Positions 23,963 to 33,331 of a DNA stretch of 51,331 nucleotides are shown piece by piece. Numbering within the stretch: the first letter of the stretch is position 1; each line of letters begins with the position of its first letter. The notes under the pieces are model-generated. The model was not told where the DNA came from, did no database searches, and saw only the letters and a list, made by a program, of their open reading frames with translations. The stretch lies in the NCBI GenBank assembly GCA_963575745.1, contig CAUYUJ010000048.1, forward strand, positions 620,001 through 671,331, written 5' to 3'. Origin of the DNA: Prorocentrum cordatum (Eukaryota). Both the position numbers and the translations under genes were made by a program.

Positions 23963-26900
23963 GACCCGGAGGAGCAAGAAGTCAGGATCACGATGCGCCC
24001 GAGGCGCTGAAGTGAGGACCATGTCGGGCTCAGGAGTGGGTCTGGTCCCCGGGCCCTCTTCCCCAGACCTTTGTCGGGGGCATGCTCGTGGCCGAGGCTC
24101 GCCGTGGCCAGAAGGGCCCCTGCGTGCTCTGTTCGACTTTCCGCCCGGCCGCACGATGACTGCACGCTTCAGGATTTCCTGGACGTCCCAGCTTTCCTAC
24201 TGATCCGCGCAGGCTCCAGAAACGAGGGCCGCCAGATGATGCGGAGCTCCTGGATCGGGGAGACGTACGGCTCGAGTCGCAGATACGCGGTCGCACGGAT
24301 ACTTTCCGCGCGGGGCATGCGCATAACAGCGCCGCGTCTCCGCGGGGTCGTTGCCCACGGATACGAGGCCGCGAGGCCGCGGATGCGGATACGTTTCTCG
24401 CCGCCCACGAGCCCCGTACGCCAGGCCAGCCCGAGTCCTCCAAACCCGAGGCCTGCCCGTCGGTCGAGGAAGGTATGTAGTCTTTACTCCCAGATCCCAA
24501 TCTACTTCAAGCGCCTTCCTGCTTCAAGAGGCGATCTTTTCCTGCTGTCTTCTGCTACAGTCTACAGGAGAACCTGAACCCAGTCTACCTCCGACGCCTT
24601 CCTGCTTCATGTTTCTACCCACTTCTCCCGACCGACCGGATCCGTCTTCCCGACTCGGCCACGCGCAGAGGGGGCAGGGGGAGGGGAGAAGGCTTCTCAG
24701 CAGCGCCCATGCTTCTTGGAAGGCGCGGGCCTCCTCGGGAGCTGTAAGGCCAGCGCCTTCTAAGGAGCAGCCTCCTCCTGAGAAGCCTCCATCCCCCCGC
24801 CCCACCACCTCCCCTGTGCGCGCCGCCAGCCGACCCTGGAGCGCAACCGGCGCAGCTCGCACGCACCACGGCGTCGCCCTCGGCCTCCAGAGGTCATGGG
24901 CTTTTTTTCCACCACCGCCACCACCATAGGTTGGAGAGGGGAAGGAGATGGAGGACGAGGAGGAGGAGGACGAGGAGGAGGAGGAGGAGGAGGAGGAGGA
25001 GGAAGACGAGGAGGAGGAGGAGGAGGAGGAGGAGGAGGAGGAGGAGGAGGACACCCTCCCCCTCCAACTTATGGTGGTGGTGGTGTAAAGCAGGCCCATC
25101 AAGAGGACCGCGCTGGCGCGCCGCACCGCGGGCAAGAGCACGGTCGGGACGAGCAGCGGCCGCAAGGCAGGCGGGTCGGCACAGAATTCGAGCAGCGGCC
25201 GAGTCCGAGCGTCGGGTCAGAGGAAGGGGGGGGCGGTATGGTTAGGTCGGGCCTGTCCCTCTACAAGGGGGAACATTCCAAAAAAGTCCAAAAATAGTCT
25301 GGGGACGATTTTTGTTTACCGGTCTTGATTCTGTTTGGGATAGTTCTTCTGGCATGTTGTATTTTTCGTCCAAAATCGGCCTGTAGGGGGACATGCCCGA
25401 CCTACGAATATGTGGGGCATCGGTCAAGGCTAAGGGATGTAGCCAGGACGCTCCACAGGGAGCCCGACAACGACAGAAGCGTGCAAACTCGGCGGCCCGC
25501 GTGGATTTCTCGGAGCGTCGCCGGAGCCCCCTGGCGGCGCCTCTGGCGCCGCCCCTGGCGCGCTCCACGCGCCAGGGAGGGGGGTCCAGCGCGGATTTGA
25601 GAAATCCGCGCGAACCGCTGATGTTTTGTTATGTTAATGTCGTTGCCTGTTCCCCTGAAGAGGCTTCAGGCCCTGGGCGACTGCTTGTCTGATGAAGGCG
25701 GTGGTGATGTCTATGGCTAGGCCTCGGTTCCAACGGCATCCAGACCCCGAATTTTTTGTCCAGTGGCCACCACCCGCCAAACACCCCAACCCAGCCCGAA
25801 GGCCCCAACTTGCCATCCGTTCACAATGGGGGGGGCGAACCCGTTTCCCCCCCAACCCGAATTTGGGGTCTTCGGGTTGGGTTGGGGTGGTCTGGTAGGT
25901 AATCTTAAGTCGGGCGCGTCCCTCTGCAGGCGGAGTATTCAAAAATAGTCCAAAAATAATCTGGGGACGACTTTCACTATTGTTTAACAACTTTTGAATA
26001 TTGTTTGATTGTTTTCTTCGTCCAAAATCCGCGTGTAGGAGGGTATGCCCGACCTAAAAGGAGTCAAGTGGCTCCTTGTCCAATGCCATCACTGCAGGGA
26101 CATGGGGGGCGTTCCAGCCTCGCCGCCGGGCACACTCATCGATACGTGGGACCCTCAGGCGCCAGGAGACGCCGGGGAAATCAGCTTCGTAAGCTGGTTC
26201 GTTAACTTGGGCGCCCGAGTTATCCGGTGTAACTCGGGCCCAAGGTAACTCGGATTTGGATTCCCGAAGAGCGAACCCGAGTTAGCCCTGACCCGAGTTA
26301 CCCCTGATGATTTGGGGCTCTGGACGCCCGAATTATCCGGGGTAACTCGGGCCCGAGGTAGCTCGGGCTCGGATTCCCGAAGAACGAACCCGAGTCAGCC
26401 CTGATCGACCTCAACATCGGCCACGCGCAGTGGAGGGGGCGGGGGAGGGGGGCCTCTTAGAAGGAGACTGCTTCTTAGAAGGCGCTGGCCCTACTTCTGT
26501 TGGCCGGCGCCTTCTAAGAAGCAGCCTCCTTCTAAGAAGCCTTCCGCCCTCCCCTTAACCCCCCTCTTCTCGCCTCCGGCGCCGCCCTTGGCGCGCTCCG
26601 AGCTTTAGTGAGGAGGGTCCAGCTCCGATCCAAGGAGTCTGCGCGGACCTCCGAGACATGATATGCATGCCGCTTTTTGTTCCTCGTCTCGTCCGACCCG
26701 AGGAGGGTCGCAGGCGATGTTTCTCCCACAGTCCTTAAGTTCCGCCCGAAAGGTTTGGCCGCTCAGAAAACGGCGGAAACCTTGGGATACACCCCAGGAT
26801 GGCTATTCGGACGCACCCCGATCGAGGATGGACACTCCCCCATCGTGTATCCCAGGGTTGGGCCCCTAAAGTCCAAACCCTTCGAAGACCTCCCAAAGCT

Positions 26901-29900
26901 TGGGATGGGGGTCGACAAACCCGCTTGTTAGGAAGGGTTAGAGGTTCGAGGTTTTCAATTCCCCGAGATTCTTCATAAGCGTCGGGGGGGGGCGTCACCC
27001 CCGCCGACAGCCCCACATCGACCCCCATCGCGGGCAGCCACCGCGCGCCGAAGGCGCCTCGACCCCCGTCGCAGCGCGACGACGAGGCGAGGTTGACCCC
27101 CGTCGGGGGGTACTCCCCCACGCTTATTAAGAAACCCAGAGTCATTTTCGGCGCGCAGGGGGGGGGGGGGAGGGAGAAGGGGGGGGGGGGCAGCCGTCCG
27201 TGCCGAGACGAGGCGCGGAGGGCCGCCCCCCCCCCCCCCCAGCTCCCTGCGCGCCTCGGGCGGGCCAGGCTTCTTTGGGCCAGGCGACGGATCGGGGGCA
27301 GCGTCGAGGGGGTGGCTCGGCTCGGGGGAGGGGTGCTACGCGCACAGAGGGTGGGCAGGGGGAATCAGGAGCGAAAGAAGGACGTACATGTACATGAATC
27401 CACGCTGGTTTCGAGAGCACGCATTGCACAAATGTTCGTATCACGCGGCCGGTCTCGCGAATCGAGGGGCCGTGTTCATGTACATAGTTGGGCGCGTACG
27501 TCCTTTGTGGGCTCCCTAGGGAAGGGGGAGGCTTCTTGGAAGCACACCTGCTTCTTAGCAGGCGCGAGCCTTGTCTATGGATGCAATGCCCGCGCCTTCC
27601 GAGAAGCAGCCTCCTTCTGAGAAGCCTTCCCCCATCCCCCATACCCCGTGCGCGCGCCGCCCAGGAGGGGGGCCTTGAGGTGTTCGGGCGCTTCCGAAGT
27701 TTCTCTCCGAGCGGCCTTGCAGCCTCGGGCTGCCCTCCAGCAGCTGCGCCTCGCCGAGAGCCCTCGTGGGGTGCCCCGAGTGTCCCGAGCGGCCGCCGGA
27801 GGCCCGAGTCGGTGACGGCCCCAAGGCCAGGCGGCAGCAAGGCCGGGTCGGACGAGACTTCGGGTTAAGTCGGGCGTGTCCCTCTAAAGGAGGAGTACTC
27901 AAAACAAAGTCCAGCAATAATCTGGGGACGGTGTTTGGCTTTTGTTGAGTATTGTTGGATATGTTTAGGGTTTGTTTTTAAATGTTCGCCCGAAATCCCC
28001 CTGTAGGAGGACAGACCTAAACTTCGGGGGTCGACGCTCGAGGTTTCGAGGTTCGGCATCGTCGCTTCGGATTCCCCAGAGCAGGCTCTGAAGGCTCCTT
28101 GTCGCCGCGGCTGGGCGCGGCTCGAGGAGCTGGCCAGGGCGGACCCCGGGGAGGGGTCGGGGGATCGATGTTGGACAGATTCCGTAGGCCTCACCGCTGG
28201 TGCCGCCGACCCTGGATGGGGACGACGATGACGACGACGTCGACGACAACGACCAAAACGACGACGGCGACGGCGGCGGCAGCGACAACGACGGGACGAC
28301 GGCGACGACGACGTCGTGGGCGGCGGCGGTGACGACGACGACGACGACGGCGCCGAAAAACATTCAAACGCTTACGGGTAAAACGTTGAATCTGTTGTGC
28401 TGGGGTTCTCTTGCGGTGCTCTTGTTGGGGTCGGGGGGTCGATCCGGGACAGACTTGGGCCGGGGCGAGCAGCGGCCCCCAAGGGCGCCGACGGCGGCAT
28501 CCTCAAGTTCTACACGGACGACTCGGCCGGCCTGAAGGTGCCCCGCTGGAAAACATCACGACGGACGGCTTCGAAAAACAAAACATTGCGTAAACATAAA
28601 CTGTCGGAGCTCCGCGCGGATTTCTCGGATTGGCGCTGGAGCCCCCCTGGCGGCGCCTCCGGCGACGCCCCTGGCGCGCTCCGCGCGCCATGAAGGGGGG
28701 TCCAGCGTCGAGCCAAGAAATCCGCGCGGACCTCCGAAAGTTCACGTGTACACCATCAGTTGTAACCCGATCTTCTCGGCGCAGGGGGGGAAAAAAAAAC
28801 GATGGACGCTTGTTTGGCAGTCTCCGGCTTCTGCGGACCCTCGCTGGCCCTGGGGACCGTCAGAAAAGGGCCCAGGGCGAGAGGCCGGCCCCTGGGAAGG
28901 GTCGAGGCCTCCGGGGGTCCATGTGACAAAACTACGCCGTTGGAGCTCTGGGGCTGCCAGGGACGGCGGCAGAAGCCACGGTGGGGGCGTTGGCCAAGGA
29001 ATGCGCCCAGGAGGCTTCAGACCCTGGAGGATTCCTTATCTGATGAGAGCGGCGGCGATATCCATGGCCAGGCCTCGATTGGAGTTCCACCGGTCTCCAG
29101 ACCCTGGGTTCCTTATCTAAGGTTAAGCTGGGCGTGTCCCCCTACAGGAGGACTGTGCAAAAATAATCACGCAACCCAAAAACACGTCTGGGGACGATGT
29201 CCTGGCCATATTTGCACATTTCTTCCATATGTGTTCGCCTGTTTTCTGTGTTTCTCCCCAAGATCCGCCTCTATAGGAGGCCTTGCCCGACAGACAGCTA
29301 CTCCGGTGTGCGGGGGGGCGGCGCGGGGCTCTCCTGGGCGGGCGCCAGCCCCCTCCGCCCGGGCGCGCGGCTCGCCGAGCGCGCCAGGAGGGGGGGGGGG
29401 GCCGTGCAGCGCCGACCCACGAAGTCCGCACGAGCCCCGGGAGCTTCTGCCTGTGCTGCGTCCTGCCGCTCCAGCCGCGGCGGCCGCAGCGGGTACGGAT
29501 TGGGCGTTGCGTAATGGGGGGGTCATAAATGGGGGGGCGGCGAGTGTGGTCCGAAAAGGTACCCAAACGGTACCTAAACGAGCCCCCTGGGGCTCTGGAG
29601 GGGCCCGAAAGGGGCACGAAAGGGGACCTTTTCTGACCCCCCCGTTTGTGACCCCCCCAGTAAGCCACGCCCAAACGGAGAGCTGTGGGCACACAGTGCC
29701 CATCAGCAGTTCTTGTTCATTTTGGACAGGGCTCGCTGCCCGCGCCGCCGCGGACGTGGTTCTTTGAAGACAGGAGGCCGCCTGCGCAACAGCGGCCGCT
29801 GTCGGTTTGGGGCAACATGTGCTGTTCGGCGTTGTACCCATGGTTTCCGTGCCCATTTCGGGCGTCCAAATCCAAGGCTGGGTTAAGACGGGCATGCCCC

Positions 29901-30338
29901 TCTACAGGAGGAGTATTCAAAAGTGGTCAGAAGGCAGTCAGGGGACGATATATCGACTCTTGTTGCCAATGTTTCTGGTATGTTTGACAATGCTGAATTT
30001 GCCCTCCAAGGTTTACGCAGTGGCGAAGCGTCCTGGCTCGCCTATAGGCCCACCACATAATGTTCTAAGAACTGTTTGTAGTTTGCACAAAAGGTTATCA
30101 GAACATTTCTGGCTGGGTCTGTCTTGTTTGATCACATCGGGCGAATGTTCTAAGAACATCGATTCTGTTCTGAGAACTCTTCGGGCTTCTGAGAGCATGC
30201 CGTGGTAGGCCCACAGGAATGCCGGGATGGTCGGTCCCTGCTCAAAAGGTGGGGCCCACCACGGTCTTGGTGCTGTCCCTGGTCTTCATGGCCATCGTCT
30301 GCTCCCTCCACATCCTGGGCAAGTTCCGCGGCAGCTGA
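23892..30338 (+). CDS. SEC61B: Protein transport protein Sec61 subunit beta, 4 exons (23892-23962, 25106-25166 [alternative in-frame acceptor 25094], 28484-28537, 30249-30338), ~91 aa
   Basis: The spliced translation is MTEGASSGAAPAGRQAAGTVGGAR|TALARRTAGKSTVGTSSGRK|GADGGILKFYTDDSAGLK|VGPTTVLVLSLVFMAIVCSLHILGKFRGS*. It has the Sec61beta signature (LKFYTDDS.GLKVGP..VLV.SL.F...V..LHI.GK) and a C-terminal TM helix. Donors are GA, GC, GT; all acceptors are AG|G; phases are consistent. Confidence 0.93.
25106..25166 (+). CDS. SEC61B: Sec61 beta exon 2
   Basis: G+TALARRTAGKSTVGTSSGRK; basic RR-containing segment typical of the Sec61beta N-region; GC donor at 25167; an upstream in-frame AG could add PIKR (start 25094). 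Confidence 0.75.
25242..25405 (+). mobile_element. MITE family A copy
   Basis: TIRs and the internal AAAATAGTCTGGGGACG motif. Confidence 0.82.
25905..26057 (+). mobile_element. MITE family A copy
   Basis: TIRs and internal motif. Confidence 0.82.
26205..26405. repeat. ~115-bp tandem duplication built from CCCGAGTTA/TAACTCGGG inverted motifs
   Basis: Two copies of CCCGAGTTATCCGG.GTAACTCGGGCCC.AGGTA.CTCGG...GGATTCCCGAAGA.CGAACCCGAGT. Confidence 0.75.
26430..26570. mobile_element. Hairpin element family E; other copies ~24670-24810, ~27520-27645
   Basis: CTTAGAAGGAGACTGCTTCTTAGAAGGCGCTGGCC is nearly the reverse complement of GGCCGGCGCCTTCTAAGAAGCAGCCTCCTTCTAAG. Confidence 0.7.
27865..28020 (+). 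mobile_element. MITE family A copy
   Basis: Perfect 8-bp TSD ACTTCGGG. Confidence 0.88.
28484..28537 (+). CDS. SEC61B: Sec61 beta exon 3
   Basis: GADGGILKFYTDDSAGLK; AG|G acceptor, GT donor at 28538. Confidence 0.92.
29123..29295 (+). mobile_element. MITE family A copy (diverged)
   Basis: Degenerate TIRs and internal CTGGGGACG. Confidence 0.75.
29500..29674. mobile_element. Single MITE with ~38-bp TIRs and 5-bp TSD
   Basis: TTGGGCGTTGCGTAATGGGGGGGTCA...TGACCCCCCCAGTAAGCCACGCCCAA, flanked on both sides by ACGGA. Confidence 0.8.
29883..30010 (+). mobile_element. MITE family A copy, 3' truncated next to a family D element
   Basis: Left TIR TTAAGACGGGCATGCCCCTCTACAGG; no right TIR. Confidence 0.7.
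30249..30338 (+). CDS. SEC61B: Sec61 beta exon 4 (TM helix and stop)
   Basis: VGPTTVLVLSLVFMAIVCSLHILGKFRGS then TGA at 30336-30338. Confidence 0.93.
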   Translation: MGPTTVLVLSLVFMAIVCSLHILGKFRGS

Positions 30339-30391
30339 GGGCGGCGCCCGGCAGCGCGTGAGCCGTTGGCGAGCCACGCGCGCCTCTTATG

Positions 30392-30550
30392 TTACGTCGG
30401 GCGTGTCCCTCTGCAGGAGGAAGATTCCAAAATAGCTCCAAAAATATGATGGGGACGATGTACTGACTAGTTCTTACTATATTGGATCTGTTGTGGGTGT
30501 CCAAGATGCTTCGTCCCGAATCCGCCTCTAGGAGGACATGCCCGACCTAA
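30392..30550 (+). mobile_element. MITE family A copy ~50 bp downstream of the Sec61 beta stop
   Basis: Both TIRs present. Confidence 0.82.
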
Positions 30551-30967
30551 TTTTGGTGGACTGGGCGGGTGGAGGCGGCTACACAAGTGGCCTTTCGCCG
30601 GAGTGACTTTGGGGGGCCCAGCATCGGCCCCAACATCTGCGGGAACCCTTGTGTGTCCTTGTGTGTATGTGTGTCCAGCCTGAGGATGCGCTCGCTGCGC
30701 CTTGCAGAAGGCATTCCAGGGGGTGCCCGAACTGTCCCGAGCGGCCACCGGAGCCCCGAGTGGTGATCCGAAGTCCGAGAATCTAGGCCTCCTAGATTCG
30801 GAGGTGGATAGACCTCCTACCCTGACACGTCGATTAGCGAATTGGCCGTTTTCGGTTCGCGAGAGAGCGTCGCGGCCGTCATTTTTGCGGGTCCTGGTCC
30901 GTCGGTTTCGGTCCCAGGCCGTTTTCACTAAGGGGAGGTTTACTAAAGGGAGGTTCGTCCACCGCCG

Positions 30968-31190
30968 ATAGATGGGGTCGGAGCAGATGGGGTCAGAGGA
31001 TCGCGCCGCATCGCCGATGCATCGGCGATGCATCGGCGATGCGGCTCGATGTGGGGCCTAGTTTTCTCCACGCCGACGTCGCGGATGTACCGCCGACGTC
31101 GCCGCCAGTGCATCGCCGATGCATCGGCGATGTATCGCCGATGTATTGGCGATGCGTCGAAATCCTCCGACCCATCTACTCGGACCCCAT
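30968..31190. mobile_element. Fold-back element with internal GCATCGCCGAT/GCATCGGCGAT 11-mers
   Basis: TAGATGGGGTCGGAG...CTCGGACCCCATCTA arms. Confidence 0.65.
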
Positions 31191-31439
31191 CTAGGAGGCC
31201 TCGCCATTACCACCCGCTCAAGAGGTGACCCGAAAGTCGCTCGAGTTAACTTCGGTGCGTGTCTTTCGGGCCGTGCGGGGGTGCCCAACCCCGACACGCA
31301 GACCGCGGCTGTTGAGGCGCGCGCAAACGATTTTGGGTCGATGGCGTAGGCTTTTGCGTGCTTGCCCGGCGCAGGGACAAAGGTCGCTTGAAGCATGCGG
31401 CCCGTTTTTCTCTTCGTGAACGTTTTCTTATTCATTGTT

Positions 31440-31660
31440 TTACCGATCGGCGCGGGCCCTCGCACCCCCCTTCCCCAACCCCCCCATGGAGTATATCTTG
31501 GCTGTTTTTGGCGCCTGTTTCGAGCAGGTGGAGTCTCCCCCATAAGACGAACGTTTCCAACACAGTCGCACTAAGCAGAGGTTCGGAGCCAGACCCCCCC
31601 CTCCCCCACCCCCCCCCCCTCCGCCCAAAGTCGAGACGCCGAACAAGAGAACGTTCACCT
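31440..31660 (+). repeat. Dispersed repeat family F; other copy 2650-2838
   Basis: Shared CCGATCGGC.C.GGCCCTCG.ACCCCC, TTCGAGCAGGTGGAGTC and CCGCCCAA.GTCGA.ACGCCGAA.AAGA.AACG.TCACC. Confidence 0.75.
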
Positions 31661-31801
31661 TCCCTTCCTTCTCCTCCTCCTCCTCCTCCTCGTTCCTCGT
31701 CCTCCCATTCCTCCGGCGTGGGTCCCTCTTCCGTGTGGCCTCGTTCGTCACATCACCAGGCATGCCGGCAGGGTGGGCTGTGTTTTTTTTCTGAGAGGCT
31801 C

Positions 31802-31981
31802 GGCTATACGCAAGAGTGACCCTGGGTAAGAGTGACCTTTGGTGCGCGGCTTTTTGGGGGCCGCGGGGGGACCAAGCCTGGGTGCGCAACCAGCTGCTAG
31901 TGTTCGTTTTCAGACATCTGGGGACCCATCTGTGCCCGCACCAAAGGTCACTCCTGCGAAAGGTCACTCTTACGTCTAGTC
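31802..31981. mobile_element. MITE-like element with GAGTGACC-repeat TIRs
   Basis: AAGAGTGACC...GAGTGACCTTTGGTGCG / CGCACCAAAGGTCACTC...GGTCACTCTT; flanks share GAGAGGC. Confidence 0.7.
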
Positions 31982-32444
31982 GAGAGGCGTTCACATCTCA
32001 TGCTCCGAGGGCGCACATATTCGCAGACTGTAGTTCGAGCAGCTCCGCGGACGAAGGGCTACCTCTTCCGGATGGAGCTGTCGCACAGAACCCCATCACA
32101 AATTAGAGGCCTGACTGGAGCTCCAAATCTTCACCTCCAAGATCTAGATGGATGGAGGGCGGTGCGCCTTCAAAATAGATATAGAGACCTCGCCCTGCAC
32201 TTCCTCGCAAGTTGCGGCCCTGATGGTAGGTAGGCACTCTTTAAATCACGGTTCCGTTTCGTCGCCGCGGGTATTGTTTCAACAGTTCGAGTCACCATAG
32301 TCCGAGGGTGGAGGGCAGGTGTCTTTCCGACGCGGCGTATAATGGTATGGAGAGTGGTCGGAGCTTCGTGGGATCGCAGGCTTGCCGTGACAAGTAGCGT
32401 CTCACCGCGCAAGAATGTCCTTCCGACCTTACTCTGACGCGGTT

Positions 32445-33010
32445 TGGCACGGCACGGCACCGCATTGGGTTCTCAGATTGCCAGAACGCGTCTCCTGAGC
32501 GGCACGGCACTGCACGGCACGGCGCCGCACGGGCGGACCGCCGTGCTGCCATACCGCCCCATCCCTTGGCAGGAAAAAAAGGTAGTGATACCACTACCCC
32601 ACGGACCTCTCCTGTAGCGAATTCTTACCAGGAGTTCGAGGATGATCCAACCGTGGCCACGAGGACCCTCCACTGAATCCCTCGCCTCGCCGCCATCATA
32701 GCGTCACCATCCGGCCTCTCCTGAGTCCACGCCTTGACCATAGCCGCGACACTGCACAGCGCACAGTAGCACGGCGCGGCACGCCGCTCCACGCCGCCAT
32801 GGCACGCGCCAGACGAGGCCCCTCGCGCCCACTGGCGGCGCGCCAAGGCACGGCATGGCGCAGACAGTGCTTTGTGCGGCGCGACTGCCGGCCGCGCGTG
32901 ACATTACCACGGCCCGGCACGGCACGGCACGGCACCACTGGCTCACCAGATTGAGTTTGGGCGTGGCGCGCCGTGTGGCACGGCATTGGCGGCGTGGCAC
33001 GGCGCCTCCG
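32445..33010 (+). repeat. GGCAC pentamer-rich region, possible subterminal repeats of a decayed DNA transposon
   Basis: Several GGCACGGCACGGCAC clusters. Confidence 0.5.
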
Positions 33011-33156
33011 GCCCAGTGGGCCACCGAGCGCCTTGCGCACAGGCTTCGGGGCGCCGCTGCAGCGCGCGCGGCTCTCGCTGTCCCGGTCCTTCCAGCAGCC
33101 GCTTCCTGCAACACCGCCACGGGGGATTCCGGACCGTGTGGCCGCTCCCCCTGGTC

Positions 33157-33331
33157 TTAAGTCGGGCGTGTCCCTCTACGGCATGAATATCCAAAAATAG
33201 CTCAAAACTTGTTTGGGGACGTTTTCTACCATGTTTCATCTTTCTTAAAGAAAAAGCGAGGAAACAAAACAAACAAAACGATTTACATTCAAAATCCGCC
33301 TGTAGGGGGACGGGGGACACGCCCGACCTAA
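33157..33331 (+). mobile_element. MITE family A copy
   Basis: Perfect 8-bp TSD CCCTGGTC. Confidence 0.88.

Noticed and set aside
24170..24290. Peptide FLLIRAGSRNEGRQMMRSSW, superficially like a GT31 galactosyltransferase N-motif
   Set aside because: It lies inside Sec61 beta intron 1 and no further glycosyltransferase exons were found.
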